Source: Eledone cirrhosa (taxonomy: Eukaryota). Taken from it: a stretch of 64,000 bases of DNA. The notes under the pieces are model-generated. The model was not told the origin of the DNA. It saw only the letters and a program-made list of their open reading frames with translations, and made no database searches. The stretch is taken from positions 348,936,001 to 349,000,000 of the forward strand of contig OZ024741.1 in the NCBI GenBank assembly GCA_964016885.1, read 5' to 3'. Shown here in pieces: positions 1 to 14,712 of this stretch (positions within the stretch are counted from its first letter, which is position 1; each line of letters starts with the position of its first letter). A program made the translations under genes and the position numbers.

Positions 1-689
1 CACCGTACGATACAAGTACTTATACCTCGTATAAGGGTCCCTGTATTTCCGTCCCACCTAGTTTATTTTTATTATTATTATTTATTTTTTTATTCTTCAT
101 TATATATTTTTTTTTATTTATTTATCTATTCTTTTATTCACTTATTTGTTTATTTATTTATTCATGTATTTCTTTAGCCTAGCAATAGCGAGAGACTTAA
201 GTCTTAGTAACCAGACTTTGCTTATTTTTTTCTCTCTCAGTACCTTTTATAGTTTTACCCTACATTGTTCTACTTACCGTTTCGACCTCTTCCCCCTCCC
301 CCTCCCCAGTATCCTCTTTGACCTCACGCCCAGCTGTAGCCGGCACTACCAACGCATGAATGGGTCTACTCCACCCCCTCTCCACTTTTTCTCCTACCGG
401 CAGGTTTAGCTACCCTTTCCCACACCAATTTGCCATCACAGATTTACTACTAACTTGTGATGTGACCAATCCTGGTGAGTATCTCTTTGACCATATATGG
501 AATAACCCCTTGATAAGCTCGGCTATTTAAATACCAGAATAAATTTTCATTAAGTCCAGAATTAGCCGTCGAAACGGCTTGAGCTCAGCCGTCGGGGTCT
601 TACTTGTTCCTATTACCCACTCTACTACCCTAAGTATTGAGTACTTTGGTGCGTTGTGGTCCACCTGGTTCTTCACCACATTTCCTTCG

Positions 690-692
<3 letters not shown>
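1..692 (+). mobile_element. Penelope-like pseudo-LTR, family A (cut by window start)
   Basis: Aligns by eye to 41566-42162 (+) and 38642-39595 (-); contains a hammerhead motif; ends in (TA)n. Confidence 0.85.
505..598 (+). ncRNA. Type-I hammerhead ribozyme, U3-A8 core variant
   Basis: Stem I ACCCC/GGGGU; core UUGAUAA (510-516); stem II CGGCUA/UAGCCG; GAAA 571-574; stem III CGGCU/AGCCG around palindromic UGAGCUCA; GUC cleavage triplet. Confidence 0.75.
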
Positions 693-739
<47 letters not shown>

Positions 740-743
<4 letters not shown>

Positions 744-988
744 AAGTTAAATAAAAGTCAAATGATTAAAATTTAGCTTCGTTTATTACTGCTATATATA
801 TTTCAGTGACAGCCATCTTTGGCTGTGACCTCTTCAGGCAGTTTGAATTAGTATGGTATAGACAAGTACATATGTTGTTTAGGTGTATGATATTGTCAAT
901 ACTCTGATATGCCCAGTTCCTTGCTGGGTTGTTAATTCACTGGGGAACTGGAGTCATATGTTGGTATACAACCAACATAAACTCAAAA

Positions 989-990
<2 letters not shown>
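740..990 (-). mobile_element. Penelope pLTR fragment, family B
   Basis: Near-identical to ~46885-47105; flanked by (TA)n; contains HHR. Confidence 0.75.
788..842 (-). ncRNA. Minimal type-I hammerhead ribozyme
   Basis: Reverse strand: ACUGC CUGAAGA GGUCACAGCCA-aaga-UGGCUGUCACU GAAA UAUAUA UA GCAGU. Confidence 0.75.
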
Positions 991-1020
<30 letters not shown>

Positions 1021-1023
<3 letters not shown>

Positions 1024-1561
1024 TAAAACATGTCTATAGAATCACCAGATAAAATATATACCATTTCCTCTCCCAATTAGTATAATTAACCATATAAAAA
1101 ATCGAATACACCAGGCTATAAGAATAAGGCTTCTATGAAGAAATCTCCAACAAATAACCGAAACTAGCCCTTCGCGTCGGCTGCGACGGAATATTTATCG
1201 AATATTTCGACAGCGTAATCGCCCAGATATACAGTCAATTAAACAGAATTAGGTGTAAAATAAACTAGGAGAAAAGAGAATACATTTATTTAATATAGAT
1301 GTATTCTCTTTTCTCCTAGTTTATTTTACACCTATCTATTTAATTGACTGTATATCTGGGCGATTACGCTGTCGAAATATTCGATAAATATTCCGTCGCA
1401 GCCGACGCGAAGGGCTAGTTTCGGTTATTTGTTGGAGATTTCTTCATAGAAGCCTTATACTTATAGCCTGGTCTATTCGATTTTTTATATGGTTGATCAT
1501 GCTAATTGGAAGAGGAAATGGTATATATTTTATCTGGTGATTCTATAGACATGTTTTATGA
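1021..1561. repeat. ~540-bp near-perfect palindrome (fold-back) between (TA)n tracts
   Basis: 1021-1285 is the reverse complement of ~1299-1561 with few mismatches. Confidence 0.9.
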
Positions 1562-1829
1562 TATATAGCTCTGATTATTTAATTTATTAACTTTTCATTG
1601 AGCCACAAAGTGACCCGTTGCAAAACACGCATATGTATATATGTATATATATATATATTTATATATATATGTAGACCTTTATATGTATATATATATATAT
1701 GTATGTATATAATTGTGACAGACGCAGATACTTAAGTTTCGTTGGGTTTAATACCAACTTATTCAGTCTGCCATATGGTACACTGAATGAGTTGGTGTTA
1801 AATATATATACTAAGTATGTTGAAAACGT

Positions 1830-2290
1830 GTTCGGCTTTATTTCTCAGCGTGGTATATAATGACCTTCGAGCGATGAATATGTGCAGTGTGGAGCTGCAT
1901 ACATTCATATACATGTATAGTTTTGGCGAGCCTACGGGTTGAGTCGTTTTCAGTAAGAAGAGGTGATGTGCTTCTTACTTGACGCAATTTCATTTCGCCT
2001 TGTATTGTCAACAAGATTACTGAGTTCCTGAATATCCTGATAACTGGAGATGAGAGTTGGGTATGCAGGTATGAAATTAAAATCAGAGAGTAAGCATCCA
2101 AGGTTACTGAGGCAAAACAAGCATGTCAGGTACGTAGCAAAATTAGTACCAAGATAGTATACGTCAAGAATACAGACCAGAACGACACATAATTACAAAG
2201 AAGTCCTATCATAAACTCTGTCACGTCTTCGTGAAGTAGTTCGATGCAGGAGACTGGATAGGTGGGCCTCGAAAGACTCACACTTTTCCC
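1830..2290 (+). mobile_element. Decayed mariner transposase fragment
   Basis: Reads FLNILITGDESWVCRY (first catalytic D motif) and RLREVVRCRR; stops and frameshifts. Confidence 0.7.
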
Positions 2291-2412
2291 GGTGTTTCGA
2301 GGCATATAGAACATACTTCGAATAGGACTAGCAACTGAATCATTCAAACTACATAAATATCGGATGCCTTCGGATATATTTAAATATGCACCCACACATA
2401 TTATATATAAAG

Positions 2413-2501
<89 letters not shown>

Positions 2502-2726
2502 TGTCTGTGTATATGTGTGTTTAGACGGGTAGCATAAGTAGAATAACGAAGCTGCCTAAGTGTTATATTTTTTCTACCATCTATTTTCAGTAATATGAGA
2601 AACTTTTTCAGTAATATTTCCATTAATATGAGTAGCGTATTTTAATTGCTCATAAATGTTTCTTGTTTATATATTGTAAGTAGGTATTCCCCTAAATTCA
2701 AAGGGGAACATGTGCAATTACTTGCT

Positions 2727-2752
<26 letters not shown>

Positions 2753-2757
<5 letters not shown>

Positions 2758-2900
2758 AAGAGGGTGTGTTAAGATACCAGGTGGATCATAACGCACCAGA
2801 GTACTCAATACTTAGGGTAGTATAGTGGCTAATAGGAAAATGTTCGGACCTAGCTGTCGAAACGGGTGGAGCTCAGCCGTCTGGGTCACGACATTTTTCT
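2753..2900. mobile_element. Short family-A pLTR fold-back remnant
   Basis: Reverse complement of ~600-690 followed by a plus-strand GTCGAAACGG...GAGCTCAGCCGTC half-ribozyme. Confidence 0.6.
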
Positions 2901-2919
2901 ATATATACATGTGTGTGTA

Positions 2920-3372
<453 letters not shown>

Positions 3373-3391
3373 ATATATATATATATATATT

Positions 3392-3587
3392 TAGTTATGT
3401 AATAAACAACATAAGGCAATTATTTCATTTACCAGTGGTTTCTTAAAAGCAAAATAATTTTGCTTTCAATCATCAGAATGAAAAAATCCAGGATTTTTTC
3501 ATTCTGATGATTGAAAGCAAAATTTGTTTGCTGTTAGAAACCACTGGTAAATGAAATAATTGCCTTATGTTGTTTATTACATAACTA
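3392..3587. mobile_element. 196-bp fold-back with a complete hammerhead on both strands
   Basis: Symmetry centre at 3490. HHR at 3423-3483 (-) and 3497-3556 (+): UUUCAUU CUGAUGA stem II GAAA CCACUGG UA AAUGAAA. Confidence 0.8.
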
Positions 3588-3664
3588 TTAAGCTCTGTTA
3601 CCTACATAGAGCACTCTTTTTTCCTGGACTTTTCCGACGGAATTACTTCATTTATATATATATT

Positions 3665-3703
<39 letters not shown>

Positions 3704-3708
3704 ATGTA

Positions 3709-3740
<32 letters not shown>

Positions 3741-5443
3741 CCCATGTGTGTGTGTGTGTGTCTCTATGTGTGTGGAGGTTTGTATGTTTGTGTGCGTGTT
3801 TATATGTTTTTGCGCAGTGTAACTAACATTGGGGAATCATAAGTGAACAACCACAATACATACATATACACAATCTACAGACTATAGCACTGTTAAGCAC
3901 TTCTTACATAGTACGTAGAATACTTGGAATTCAATAAAAATCTACAATGAACATATACATCCAGCTTTCGCAAAATGGCACAGCTTGTCACAGCACAAAT
4001 ATTTCAATAGAGTATTTTCGAGTCAATATACGACACAAACATATCAGTTGATTGGATTTACCTGAGACACAGAAAGATTCACTCGATTATGCATTGAAGA
4101 TACGAAATATATATAAATCTGAAATAATAGTGATGATAATATCGAAGTGAGGATGAATGCACACACATTCAAGAAACGTACAAAACAAACATATAGTTAT
4201 GATTTATGTTTAGAAAAATTATGATTATAACATCTCACCTACATTATTTTTGATCTTATAGAATCTATAAGATTCAGTAAGGCAGTGCTTATACCGGTGT
4301 CCTTGGCATTAAACAACTGAGAGTAACAAAATTCTCTTCTAAAGAGGATGCCAATCCATCGCAACTTTCACCCGCCAGTTAATGCTGCTACTCATGTTCA
4401 GTTGAATATACTGGAGCAACGCGAAAGGAAGTGTTTGCTCAATAACATATCACACAAACCGATCCAACAATTGAACCCAACACACTTGTGTGGTGTTCAA
4501 TGGTTTATAGAAAAGAAATTCGAATGGCTCATTTCACACATAACTTTGATAACTTGAATAGGTTTCGGTTACTATTAGCCAAGATCAAGCACTGCGATTG
4601 AATCCAGCGTTGATTTATTGAGCGATGCCATTTTCATGAGAATCCAGTTAAATTATTTTTATCATGTTTATTATATGAAGTCCTCTAAATCGAAATAACG
4701 TTATGATGAAATAACAATCAGTTAGTTTGCTAATATTAATTTGAATATGTCTGAATGTTTGGGAGGTAGATCAAGATAAGTTTCAATGTTATGATCTAAG
4801 TAGTGAACCATAGATTTAACAGTAAATCTTGAATTTCCGTACTTCCGGCTTTTTTTTTTTTTTTTGCGTTTGACTTACATTCGTTTTCATTTCCTCTTTT
4901 AATTTTGACAATTCATGGTGCCTTTTTTGGTCACTAATGGCAAGCAATTGTTCAGCCAGCCCTTCAAACCACAATTGCATTGAATTTCAAATAACTATTA
5001 AGAGTTAGAATTATCTCTTGATTTTTAAATCATATTGTCAATAACATACTTTGCAAACTTTACGTATAGGTGATACTATAAATAATTGTTTCTACTTTTG
5101 GCACAAGGCCAGCAATATACCAATGCATTACTGGTACTTATTATTATCATTACTATTTTATTTTCTTTGATGCGTTTGAAGTTTGTTTTATCGAAATAGA
5201 ATTTTACGATACAAGAAAAGGCAGCTATTTAAATGTCAGGAAATTGTAAGGTATATTTCTTGTATATATATACAGCCACACTTGGAGATAAACATATGCG
5301 AATTATGTCCACTTGCAGATATAGGCTATTAAAATTCTGCATACAAGCACATGTTCCTTCGACGCCCATTATTCGTCAACAGGTGAATTCCAATATTCAT
5401 ATGTGTGTTCACATGCCTGATTCCGATTATACACACTCACACT

Positions 5444-5951
<508 letters not shown>

Positions 5952-6070
5952 CTGTATATGTATTTTTGATAAAAAGGAAAAGAATGACGTCACTTGTAGT
6001 GTTAAAAAGATTTTGATTTGATGTTATAATATAATATTATAAGATCTACGAACTCATAATATTATAATAT

Positions 6071-6430
6071 TACTAGCTGACGTACCCAGCTTCGCACGGG
6101 TAAACAGATGATATGAAAAAGCAGGTAAAAGAGAAAATGACTATTGGATATTTGTCTGGTTACAGTATGAGGCGAGTCCGTGGTGTCTGTGTGATACAAA
6201 AAACAGTAAAAAAAATCTTCCAGATATACCAGATTCTTCGTTCTACCGTTTGTGCATATTATATGAACAATTCTAGGTGCTCCCACCTAGAATAGTGACC
6301 TCTAGGAGATGGTTCATCTTCTGCCTGACTGTAAAACGTGTATCATTGCATAGACGTGGTTGTTCCACGTTTCTCAAAAGGATGATGGAACTTCCAATCT
6401 TTCATATTATATGTAGATATAGATATAGAT
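6071..6430. mobile_element. Helentron/HINE-like non-autonomous rolling-circle element
   Basis: Terminus ACTAGCTGACGTACCCAGCTTCGCACGGGT with subterminal hairpin; ...ATGTAGAT opposite end. Confidence 0.45.
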
Positions 6431-7161
6431 AATTAATATAAAAGATGTCCGTCAATGTAAAAAAAGATCTCTATTTACTCCCTTCACAACTCTGTGTATG
6501 TTAGACTGACAGACAGGCACACAGACAGATAAACTGCGTGACGATTGTGGGATGCCGCATGTACACACACATACACACATGGAAACGCGCACACGCACGC
6601 AAACTTACACACACGCACACACTCACACATGTTGATAGTTTTTACTTTCTGTGGAACGCTGCAAGTACGCACACACACATAAACATACGCGCACGTACAT
6701 ACACACGCACACATGTTAGTAGTTATTGCTTTCCTTCCCCCTCTTATTTCCACACACACACATGTCTCTACACTGACACATATACATAGTGTATCCAAAC
6801 ACAGTGTTCACTTTGCCTCTCTCTCCCCTCTCACTCCCTCATTGGCATTATGCATATTAATTTAAGTTTGGAGTCGTTGAGGTGGGCGGAGTCGTTTGAA
6901 ACCTATGAACCAATGATAATCAAGAATTATGACGGAATACTGACATTGTTCAAATTAATAAATAGATATTATAACATTAAATCAAACCTTTTTTAACACT
7001 ACAAGTGAAGTCATTCTTTTCCATTTTTCAAATATACCTAACTGTACCAAGGATCTCACACATTTTCCAATATATATATATATATATACATATATGTATA
7101 TATATATATACATATATATATGTATATATAATACCACCTACGGACGCATTTACCTGCAAAC

Positions 7162-7195
<34 letters not shown>

Positions 7196-7199
7196 TAGT

Positions 7200-7480
7200 A
7201 AGGAGAGAAAGTCATATGTCCGATAATAGGGGATATAATACAACCAAGGTAACGAACATATAATCTACGGACGTAACGGTGTATACAAATTAATAAAATA
7301 AATCAAAGAGTACAAACAAGCCATTTTAAGTATAAACACCCACAGATATAATGGCTGCTTTGTATACTTGATTTATTATTTTAATTAATTTGTTTACACC
7401 GTTCCATCCATAGTTTATATGTTCGTTACTTTGCTGGTATTATATCCTATATTATCGGACATATATATTCATGTGTCTTT
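7200..7480. repeat. Diverged fold-back
   Basis: ATATGTCCGATAATA/TATTATCGGACATAT and GTAACGAACATATAA/TTATATGTTCGTTAC inverted matches. Confidence 0.7.
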
Positions 7481-7574
7481 CTTTCCTCACTATGTTTTAT
7501 AAAGAGCTCGTAGCTTGTTCCTTGAACTTGTTTGATTGTAAGAGATGATTGAGAGGTTTTAACTCGACCTTTTG

Positions 7575-7624
<50 letters not shown>

Positions 7625-7665
7625 CAAAAGGTCGAGGTAAAATATATATATATATATATATATAT

Positions 7666-7826
7666 AACGAAGGAGGTGTGGTAAGGAACCAGATGGAGCA
7701 TAACGCACCAGAGTACTCAATACTTAGGGTAGAAGAGCGGGTAATAGAAAAATGTATGACCCCGATAGCAGAGCTCAAGCCGTTTCGAAACGGCTTGAGC
7801 TCTGCCATCGGGGTCATACATTTCCT
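7666..7826. mobile_element. Family-A pLTR fold-back centred on the ribozyme GAAA
   Basis: ...AAGCCGTTTC|GAAACGGCTT..., symmetry axis at 7786/7787. Confidence 0.8.
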
Positions 7827-7924
7827 ATATATATTATATATATATATACATATATAAGATGTATAGGGTATCCATAAACCATGGGCTATTTGGAATACAC
7901 GTATTTTAAATTTTACGCGGACCT

Positions 7925-7964
<40 letters not shown>

Positions 7965-8135
7965 TAATAATAAATTTGAAGACTAAAATCCAAAGAGGGC
8001 TCGATAAGAATAAATATATATCAAATATATAAGAACATAGAGCAAATATTTATTAAAATAACAGATTAAAGTTTAAGCAAATCCCGTTAAGGGTGAAAGC
8101 AGCGATTCTTTGCTTAAACTTTAATCTGTTATTTT

Positions 8136-8205
<70 letters not shown>

Positions 8206-10540
8206 AATGTGTGTGTGTGCGTGTATCCTACATATACTCTTTCTCCTCCCTCACTCCTCACTCTTTCACTGTAGAATCAGCTATGTTGTTATTTGGGAAG
8301 GGTTCTTGTTATAGATTGACAGCGCTAATTGTTTCAGAAATATAGTTGGATTGAGTGATAAGCTGATAACTCCTCTTACAGAGAAATATTTGTTCTACTA
8401 CAACCATCCAAGGATGGATAGATGTGGAGTAGCACATGAATGATATCATCAATATATTCAGATCATAAATCCTATTTATCACATATTCTTTCAATATATA
8501 TTGATGCGAAATTTGGAGAACTGTGTATGTGTCATCGAATCGATAGGTTAGCAGGAAACCAACCAAGATGACACAATTACATAACTTATGATCGGAACTA
8601 AATATATTGACGACTAAATATATTCAATATATTAGTTATGGTATTCAGCACTTAACTATGTGTTATAAATGCAAAACATATATCTGGCAAGTTTCTAGCC
8701 TTCGATTTAAATTGCCTAATTATGATAAGTAATGTTAAGTAAGCCCAAATTGAAAGAATCTGTATCAAATAAATAATCTAAGATCCATGAATGTTTTAAT
8801 CTGAAGGCAGATTTTGGATTATTTTCGAAAATAAAATAAGTTATATAAGTGCAAACCATACGATAGAGAAAGTATGCTAAATGACAATCCCAGAATTTCG
8901 TCAAACATGTGATCAAATAGAAGCAAAAGTTAAAATATATTGGCATTCGATATTATACAGGTGATTAGAGTTACTGATTTTGTGCTATTGCTTCAGGTCG
9001 ACTTTGCTCAGACACACCTGATAAGTTCCAACTTCCAATGGGGTCTTTTATTCAAACATTGCGTCCCTCTATCCAAATGAACGTGAATGTAGAGACAACA
9101 GCTTAAATTGGGCTAATTAATTAAAATAATGTTTTAAATATCGAATGCATACATACCTGTAATTTCGTTTCGTTTGGAGAAAAACATCAAGTCCTTAGCA
9201 ATAATTTTTATCTGGACTCAAAGAAAAGAGGGATAATTTCAAAAAAGTAAGGAATTAATCTGTGAAGTTTAATTTACATGCTTAGGAAAAATGAAGGCTG
9301 GCTTTCTCTGATAGCAACGGTCACCTATGGGCATTCTATTTTGAATTTTGCAAATTGTATCCGCCAAAATGCATTGATAAACCTTATTCTTGATGTTATA
9401 TAAATATGATAAGCAAGCTTAGTTTGATTATACTATTCTGATGAGGTGAGGTCCAGTATATCGAAATATGAATAAAGATCATACAGTATTCTCCTAAATC
9501 CAATTTGATTCAAGACATAAATCATAATATATCGTCTTCTACTAGCGAATTCCTTACACTTAACGTTTTGTACTTGTTTTCTTTTTCCAATGAAGCGATT
9601 CATTTCAATTAAGATTGCTTCCTGTACACATTCAGTACATTAACTTGGGTCTTGCAGTATTCATTGATTTCTCCCTTTATATTTAGCTCGTAGCAAACAG
9701 TCATCAGTTAAATAAAAGACGATCCAGTTGCCAACATGCCAGTATTGTTTCAAAGAAAGTGTATCTGTATATTTGATATCACATTGTCAGAATAGGGATA
9801 ATGAATCAATATTTGTTTCACTGATCACGAAAATATGAGCCAGAGAAAATACTGGTTAATCACACCATCTCTGAATATTAAATGAAAACAAGGACTTCTC
9901 AAATAGTTTAGTACTAGATACATTATATTTGAATAAAGTATATGATGATCAAGCTGTCTCACTTTATACTATAAGTCTGTCTGTTTAGCGATAACTTGAG
10001 AACTAACCAAAAGCGAGAACAACACTGGAATTTCTTAAATAGCGCTGATCTAATTTCAAGCTGGGTGATATTGAACTTTGAAAGAAAATGGAAATAAAAG
10101 TGACATTTCATATGTATATAGCAAAATATTTGTGACTATCAATCATCAGAAATACTGAAAATTCGATGTTGTTGATGGTGATGGTGGTGGTGTTTTGTTT
10201 AGTCTAAACTAAAAGATATTTTCTGTTATCAAAGACGTTCCAGCTATAATGATAGTATCTTATATTTTCAGACGTAGTGTATTTACGATTACATAACCGG
10301 AGGTTTTCTTCCATTTATTTTTAAGATAATGGAGTTTAGTTAGGAGAAGTTTTCCCTTATATTACTAGCAGGTCAAGCGAAAATATTTCCACTTGCAGTT
10401 GAATAGTATCAGTTATCGAAAGTGATTATAACGGTTTATGTTTAAATGGGTGCCATAAAGCATTCACGATATAATATTTCTGTTTCAACACACGACCACA
10501 GATCATCTCAGTTGCCAAGAACTTTATATATGTATGTACA

Positions 10541-10605
<65 letters not shown>

Positions 10606-12983
10606 CTTATTTTATTTGTAGTATGGGAAAATTATTCAATACACCATTATATCAAGTATATGGAGAAGCTGACACCCGTTTTCCATATGTATGGCAATCA
10701 ATATTGAAAATCAGAATCAACATTTCGTTCAATCGGTCTTTTTGGTGAACACTTTACATAAACAGTTTGAAGATGTAGTGTATCTTAATATCTCATGTTT
10801 AAAACCATAGATCAAAGTGTTCGTTGAAAATTATTGAACGTATAATACCAAATAGAACAGGATATAAACTGTTGAACATTAAAGTAGCAAAATACTGTAA
10901 TAACACGCATGTAATATGAAAATATACATATTTGATATCTACTAAAATACATTACATCAGACTATGAAGATATCAATAAAAATAAAATATAGCATCAAAA
11001 TTATTCGACTTGTTGACAAATATTCACGCTGCAAAATACTAATACCATTGACTCACAGATGTGTTGTTTCGTATCTTTGCTTTGTCTATTACTAACAGGG
11101 CTATCTGAACGGCCTAGCTTTACTCAGACAACGCATCAGTCTCGCCCCATTAAGTCATTTCTACCAGGTACTGCCCTTCTCAGCTAGTGGTGCGATACGC
11201 TTTGTATTATAATTCTTTTCTAGAGCACAAGCACCAATATTTCGTTCCCGCCCACATATTTTGTTTTAGAAACCTCTCTCTATTAAATGCGTTACGTGTT
11301 GTACATCAATTTCGCATCAATTAGACTGAGATGGCCTGCAAAGGCCACTCTTTCTTTAACTATGTATAATGCGTATAACTGAAGGGGAAAACATTACGAC
11401 CTCAAACGTTTTAGGAAAGATTTGGGATTCTTTAGAGTGCAAGAAATAGTGACAGAAATTACAACACATAGGTCACGGCAGTAGAAAAGTGTAGATCAAG
11501 ATATTGAATTGTTCTTAGATCAAGGACCTGTTCCGAATGATTACAACAATGGGTACAACACTAAACTTTGTGCGCGAAACAAGTAGGATGTTAAATACGT
11601 AATCAGGTCAAATGTTTTCTTTGTTCTCCCTATATTTGGTGAGATTATGTATCTGTAAATAGAAAATCCTTCTCTACTGCGAAGGCCGGAACAAGATTAT
11701 TATTATTAATTTTTTTTTGTGTGTGGAAGGCCATCCGTTCACACCACATGTAAATCTTTCCTCTCCACCTATGTTGTCGTAGAGAAAAGCAAAGATCAAA
11801 ACAGTCAAACCACACAGCATTGATCTTTTAAAAAACTAAGATATAGTACAAATCTACAAAGTATAGAAAACACATACACTTAATGATTGTTAGCTGAATC
11901 AGATGTTTTCTGGTTCCGAAGAACAGCTGCTACGAGCTTACGGGAGTGGCTGTCGTTTTCGCTCGATCTGCTGAAAACATCAAACAGAGCTTCCCCAAAT
12001 CATACTCTGCCATTTAAAAATATTAAGTACACATTGAACAGTGTAGTTCTTTACACAGCAGTTCTGATACACAACGACTTTGCCTCGACTGAAACACATT
12101 TATTCATAGATTTACTTGATCATAAAAGTTGATCTGAGATGACCTGGTGTTGAATGATTAATACAAGAGCATTATTTGTTGTTGAGTTAAAATATAAAGA
12201 AGACATTTCTTGTCACATATGTCAATTGTCTGAAGCAACGAACCATCTTGTTTATGATTTGCATACATATAACGGTATTAAGTTGTTCAAAATGTAGCCT
12301 AGTATTTGCTACATAAGAAATAGTATATTCTTAGAAAATACAATTAGATTTTCAAGGATTCTAAAATATGTCGACTTTGCCAATATATAGTCCATTTTAT
12401 CTGAATGTCTAGAATAAATCCTCAATGGGATTATTACGAATCCTGTAATCGTAGGTTGTAAAAGACTTAAACCACAAGGATTACAAATGACAAAATGACA
12501 AACTATGTTCTAGTTTTGAAATGAATTGATGATAAACATTACAAAATTAAAGAGTCTCTTACGAAATCGTTCACGTCAGCATTTTCTTGACTACTGAACA
12601 AGAGTGATAGTTGAACCAGCTGTAGAATACAGGAAGACGGTTCTATAATGTTATCAACAAAACCTCCATGGTTGGTGCTTCACAGATTAATGTTGTACTA
12701 CCTAGATGGTATCTAGAATATGATTTGCCATAAGCTAAATTAAGAGAGAGCTGACAACATTGTAATATATCTAGAGATCACAAAAATAGGCAAGAAAGAA
12801 TGAAACGTATATATGCAAATAACAGATAATATGTCCCAAACAATTTATAAGAAATAGCATATGAAATGCATGGCATAGCCATATATCTCGCATTTACAGT
12901 ATATGTACATATATATATAACATATATTCCCTTGTTTCGAGCGATTACGAAATAAAACTTCGATCACTCTTTTTTAGTGTATA

Positions 12984-14040
12984 TACGAGTGTCGGATGAA
13001 ATGTTCATCGGCAGACAAGGATACTGTCATCGTATTTTACCAAATAGTCACATAGTACCCCATACGATCGACACACTTCTTCCATCGGTGCTGCATTGCT
13101 TGGATCCCATTGCTGAAGAAGCTTTCATCCAGTTGGTAAAAAAAGTCATTAACAGCAGATACTGGTTATCAGCCAACTTTATTTTTCACATTGGGGAACA
13201 GATGATAGTCAGGTGTGGCCAAATCAGGAGAATAGGGAGGGTGATCAAACAGTTCAAAGCCACAGTCATACACAGCAGCTAATGAAACTGATGACTTCTG
13301 TGCTGGAGCTATATCCTGATAAAACAACACCCATTTCGTCAGTTTTCATCGGCATTTGTTCTTGACATTCTTTCGTTACTGCCTCAGCAAGTTGGCATAG
13401 TGCTCTCCATTTAAGCTGTGGCACTTTTGAAGAAAATCAATAAACACATCCCTCTAAACTGAGGCCATCACTTTCCCTGGAGATGAAACGAGCATGGCCT
13501 TCTAAGGAACAAGTGAGGAGACGTGTTTCAACTGCATAGATTGTCTCTTTTTCTCTGGCCCAAAGTGATGAACCAAACACTCATCATGGGTTAGGAAATT
13601 TTCAAAGAAACCAACTGGTTCTGCCTCAAACAATCTCAGGTTTTCTCGCAATATGATCAGATTCGTGCGATTTTGTTCAGGTGTCAGAAACTTTCATCAT
13701 GCCATGTTCATCGTGCAGAATATTCTCAACTCTCACGGGATATGCTAATAGCGTTGGTTAATTGATGTATAGTCAATCGCCTGCCATCCATCCCCATGTG
13801 GTGAACACGATCAATGTTTTCCTCGGTGGGGGCAGTTGCAGGACGGCCAGACCTTGGGTCATTTTCAAGATTCTCCTAACCCTCTTAAATTCACTGCTCA
13901 CATTTCTACTATTGTACTATTGATAAAGCTGGAGAGTCATCCCTTAATGTAGCAACTATCTCCCCATGAATGTCCTTGGAGACTAAACCCCTTTTTCTGC
14001 AGGTACTTCATAACATTACGATGGCAAATTTTGACCATTT
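12984..14040 (-). mobile_element. Decayed mariner (DD34D-type) transposon
   Basis: Minus strand reads MVKICHRNVMKYLQKK, LTHDECLVHHF, VLFYQDIAPAQ, HPPYSPDLATPDYHLF; TACGAG-type terminus at 12984; 5' end abuts a Penelope pLTR. Confidence 0.85.
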
Positions 14041-14455
14041 TGAATAAACGGTTGCTTTTCAAATATTTACATATTCATTTGCATATTCACCCATAATATA
14101 AATACACATACTATTAAAATGTATACTTACATATATACATAGATAATTGTTCGAATATATTTCCTTCTTCTCTCTCTCTCACTATTTTGTCCTTCTTCTC
14201 TTCTCTCTTCTCTCTTCTCTCTTCTCTCTTCTCTCTTCTCTCTTCTCTCTTCTCTCTCTCACTATCATATATTATATATATAAACTCTCCATAGTCGTTT
14301 AAATAAACGGTTGCTTTTCAAATATTTACATATTCATTTGCATATTCACTCATAAGTTTGAAAAATCCATAATACATTTCCACTATCCAGAGAATATCCA
14401 ACTGATAAGATGTGATTTTCCTGGGTATGTCTCTATTTATAAAACAAACTTTGTA

Positions 14456-14514
14456 TTTTATCTGAAGAAAGCGTACCAAAGTGTTTTGATACCCTTGAAA
14501 TATATATAATAAAA
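14456..14514 (+). ncRNA. Minimal type-I hammerhead ribozyme
   Basis: UUUUAU CUGAAGA AAG..GUA..CAAA/UUUG..UAC..CUU GAAA UAUAUA UA AUAAAA; 6-bp stem I. Confidence 0.75.
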
Positions 14515-14712
14515 TAGATATGGTTTTATAAATATAGTTTCCATTTATTTAATATCATTGAATATTTACTCCAGGAAGCTGTTGAGTGCTCTAAATCAGT
14601 TTTAAACATTTATATTTATATTTGTCGGATTTCCAACAAATTAAATATCCCTTCTACTTATAAATAGCTCCTTTAATGTTGAGCACTTTAAATTATAACT
14701 GATCGATAAATA

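Noticed and set aside
4868-4975. Minus-strand MQLWFEGL.. segment with GTAAGT donor
   Set aside because: In-frame stop upstream and no ferritin similarity beyond WxEGL.
9434-9474. CUGAUGA...GAAA hammerhead
   Set aside because: Stem II is poor and the cleavage-site position reads UG; too degenerate to call.
11894-11974. Plus-strand terminal exon ending GCRFRSIC (neuropeptide-like)
   Set aside because: Weak acceptor, no other exons and no family I can recognise.
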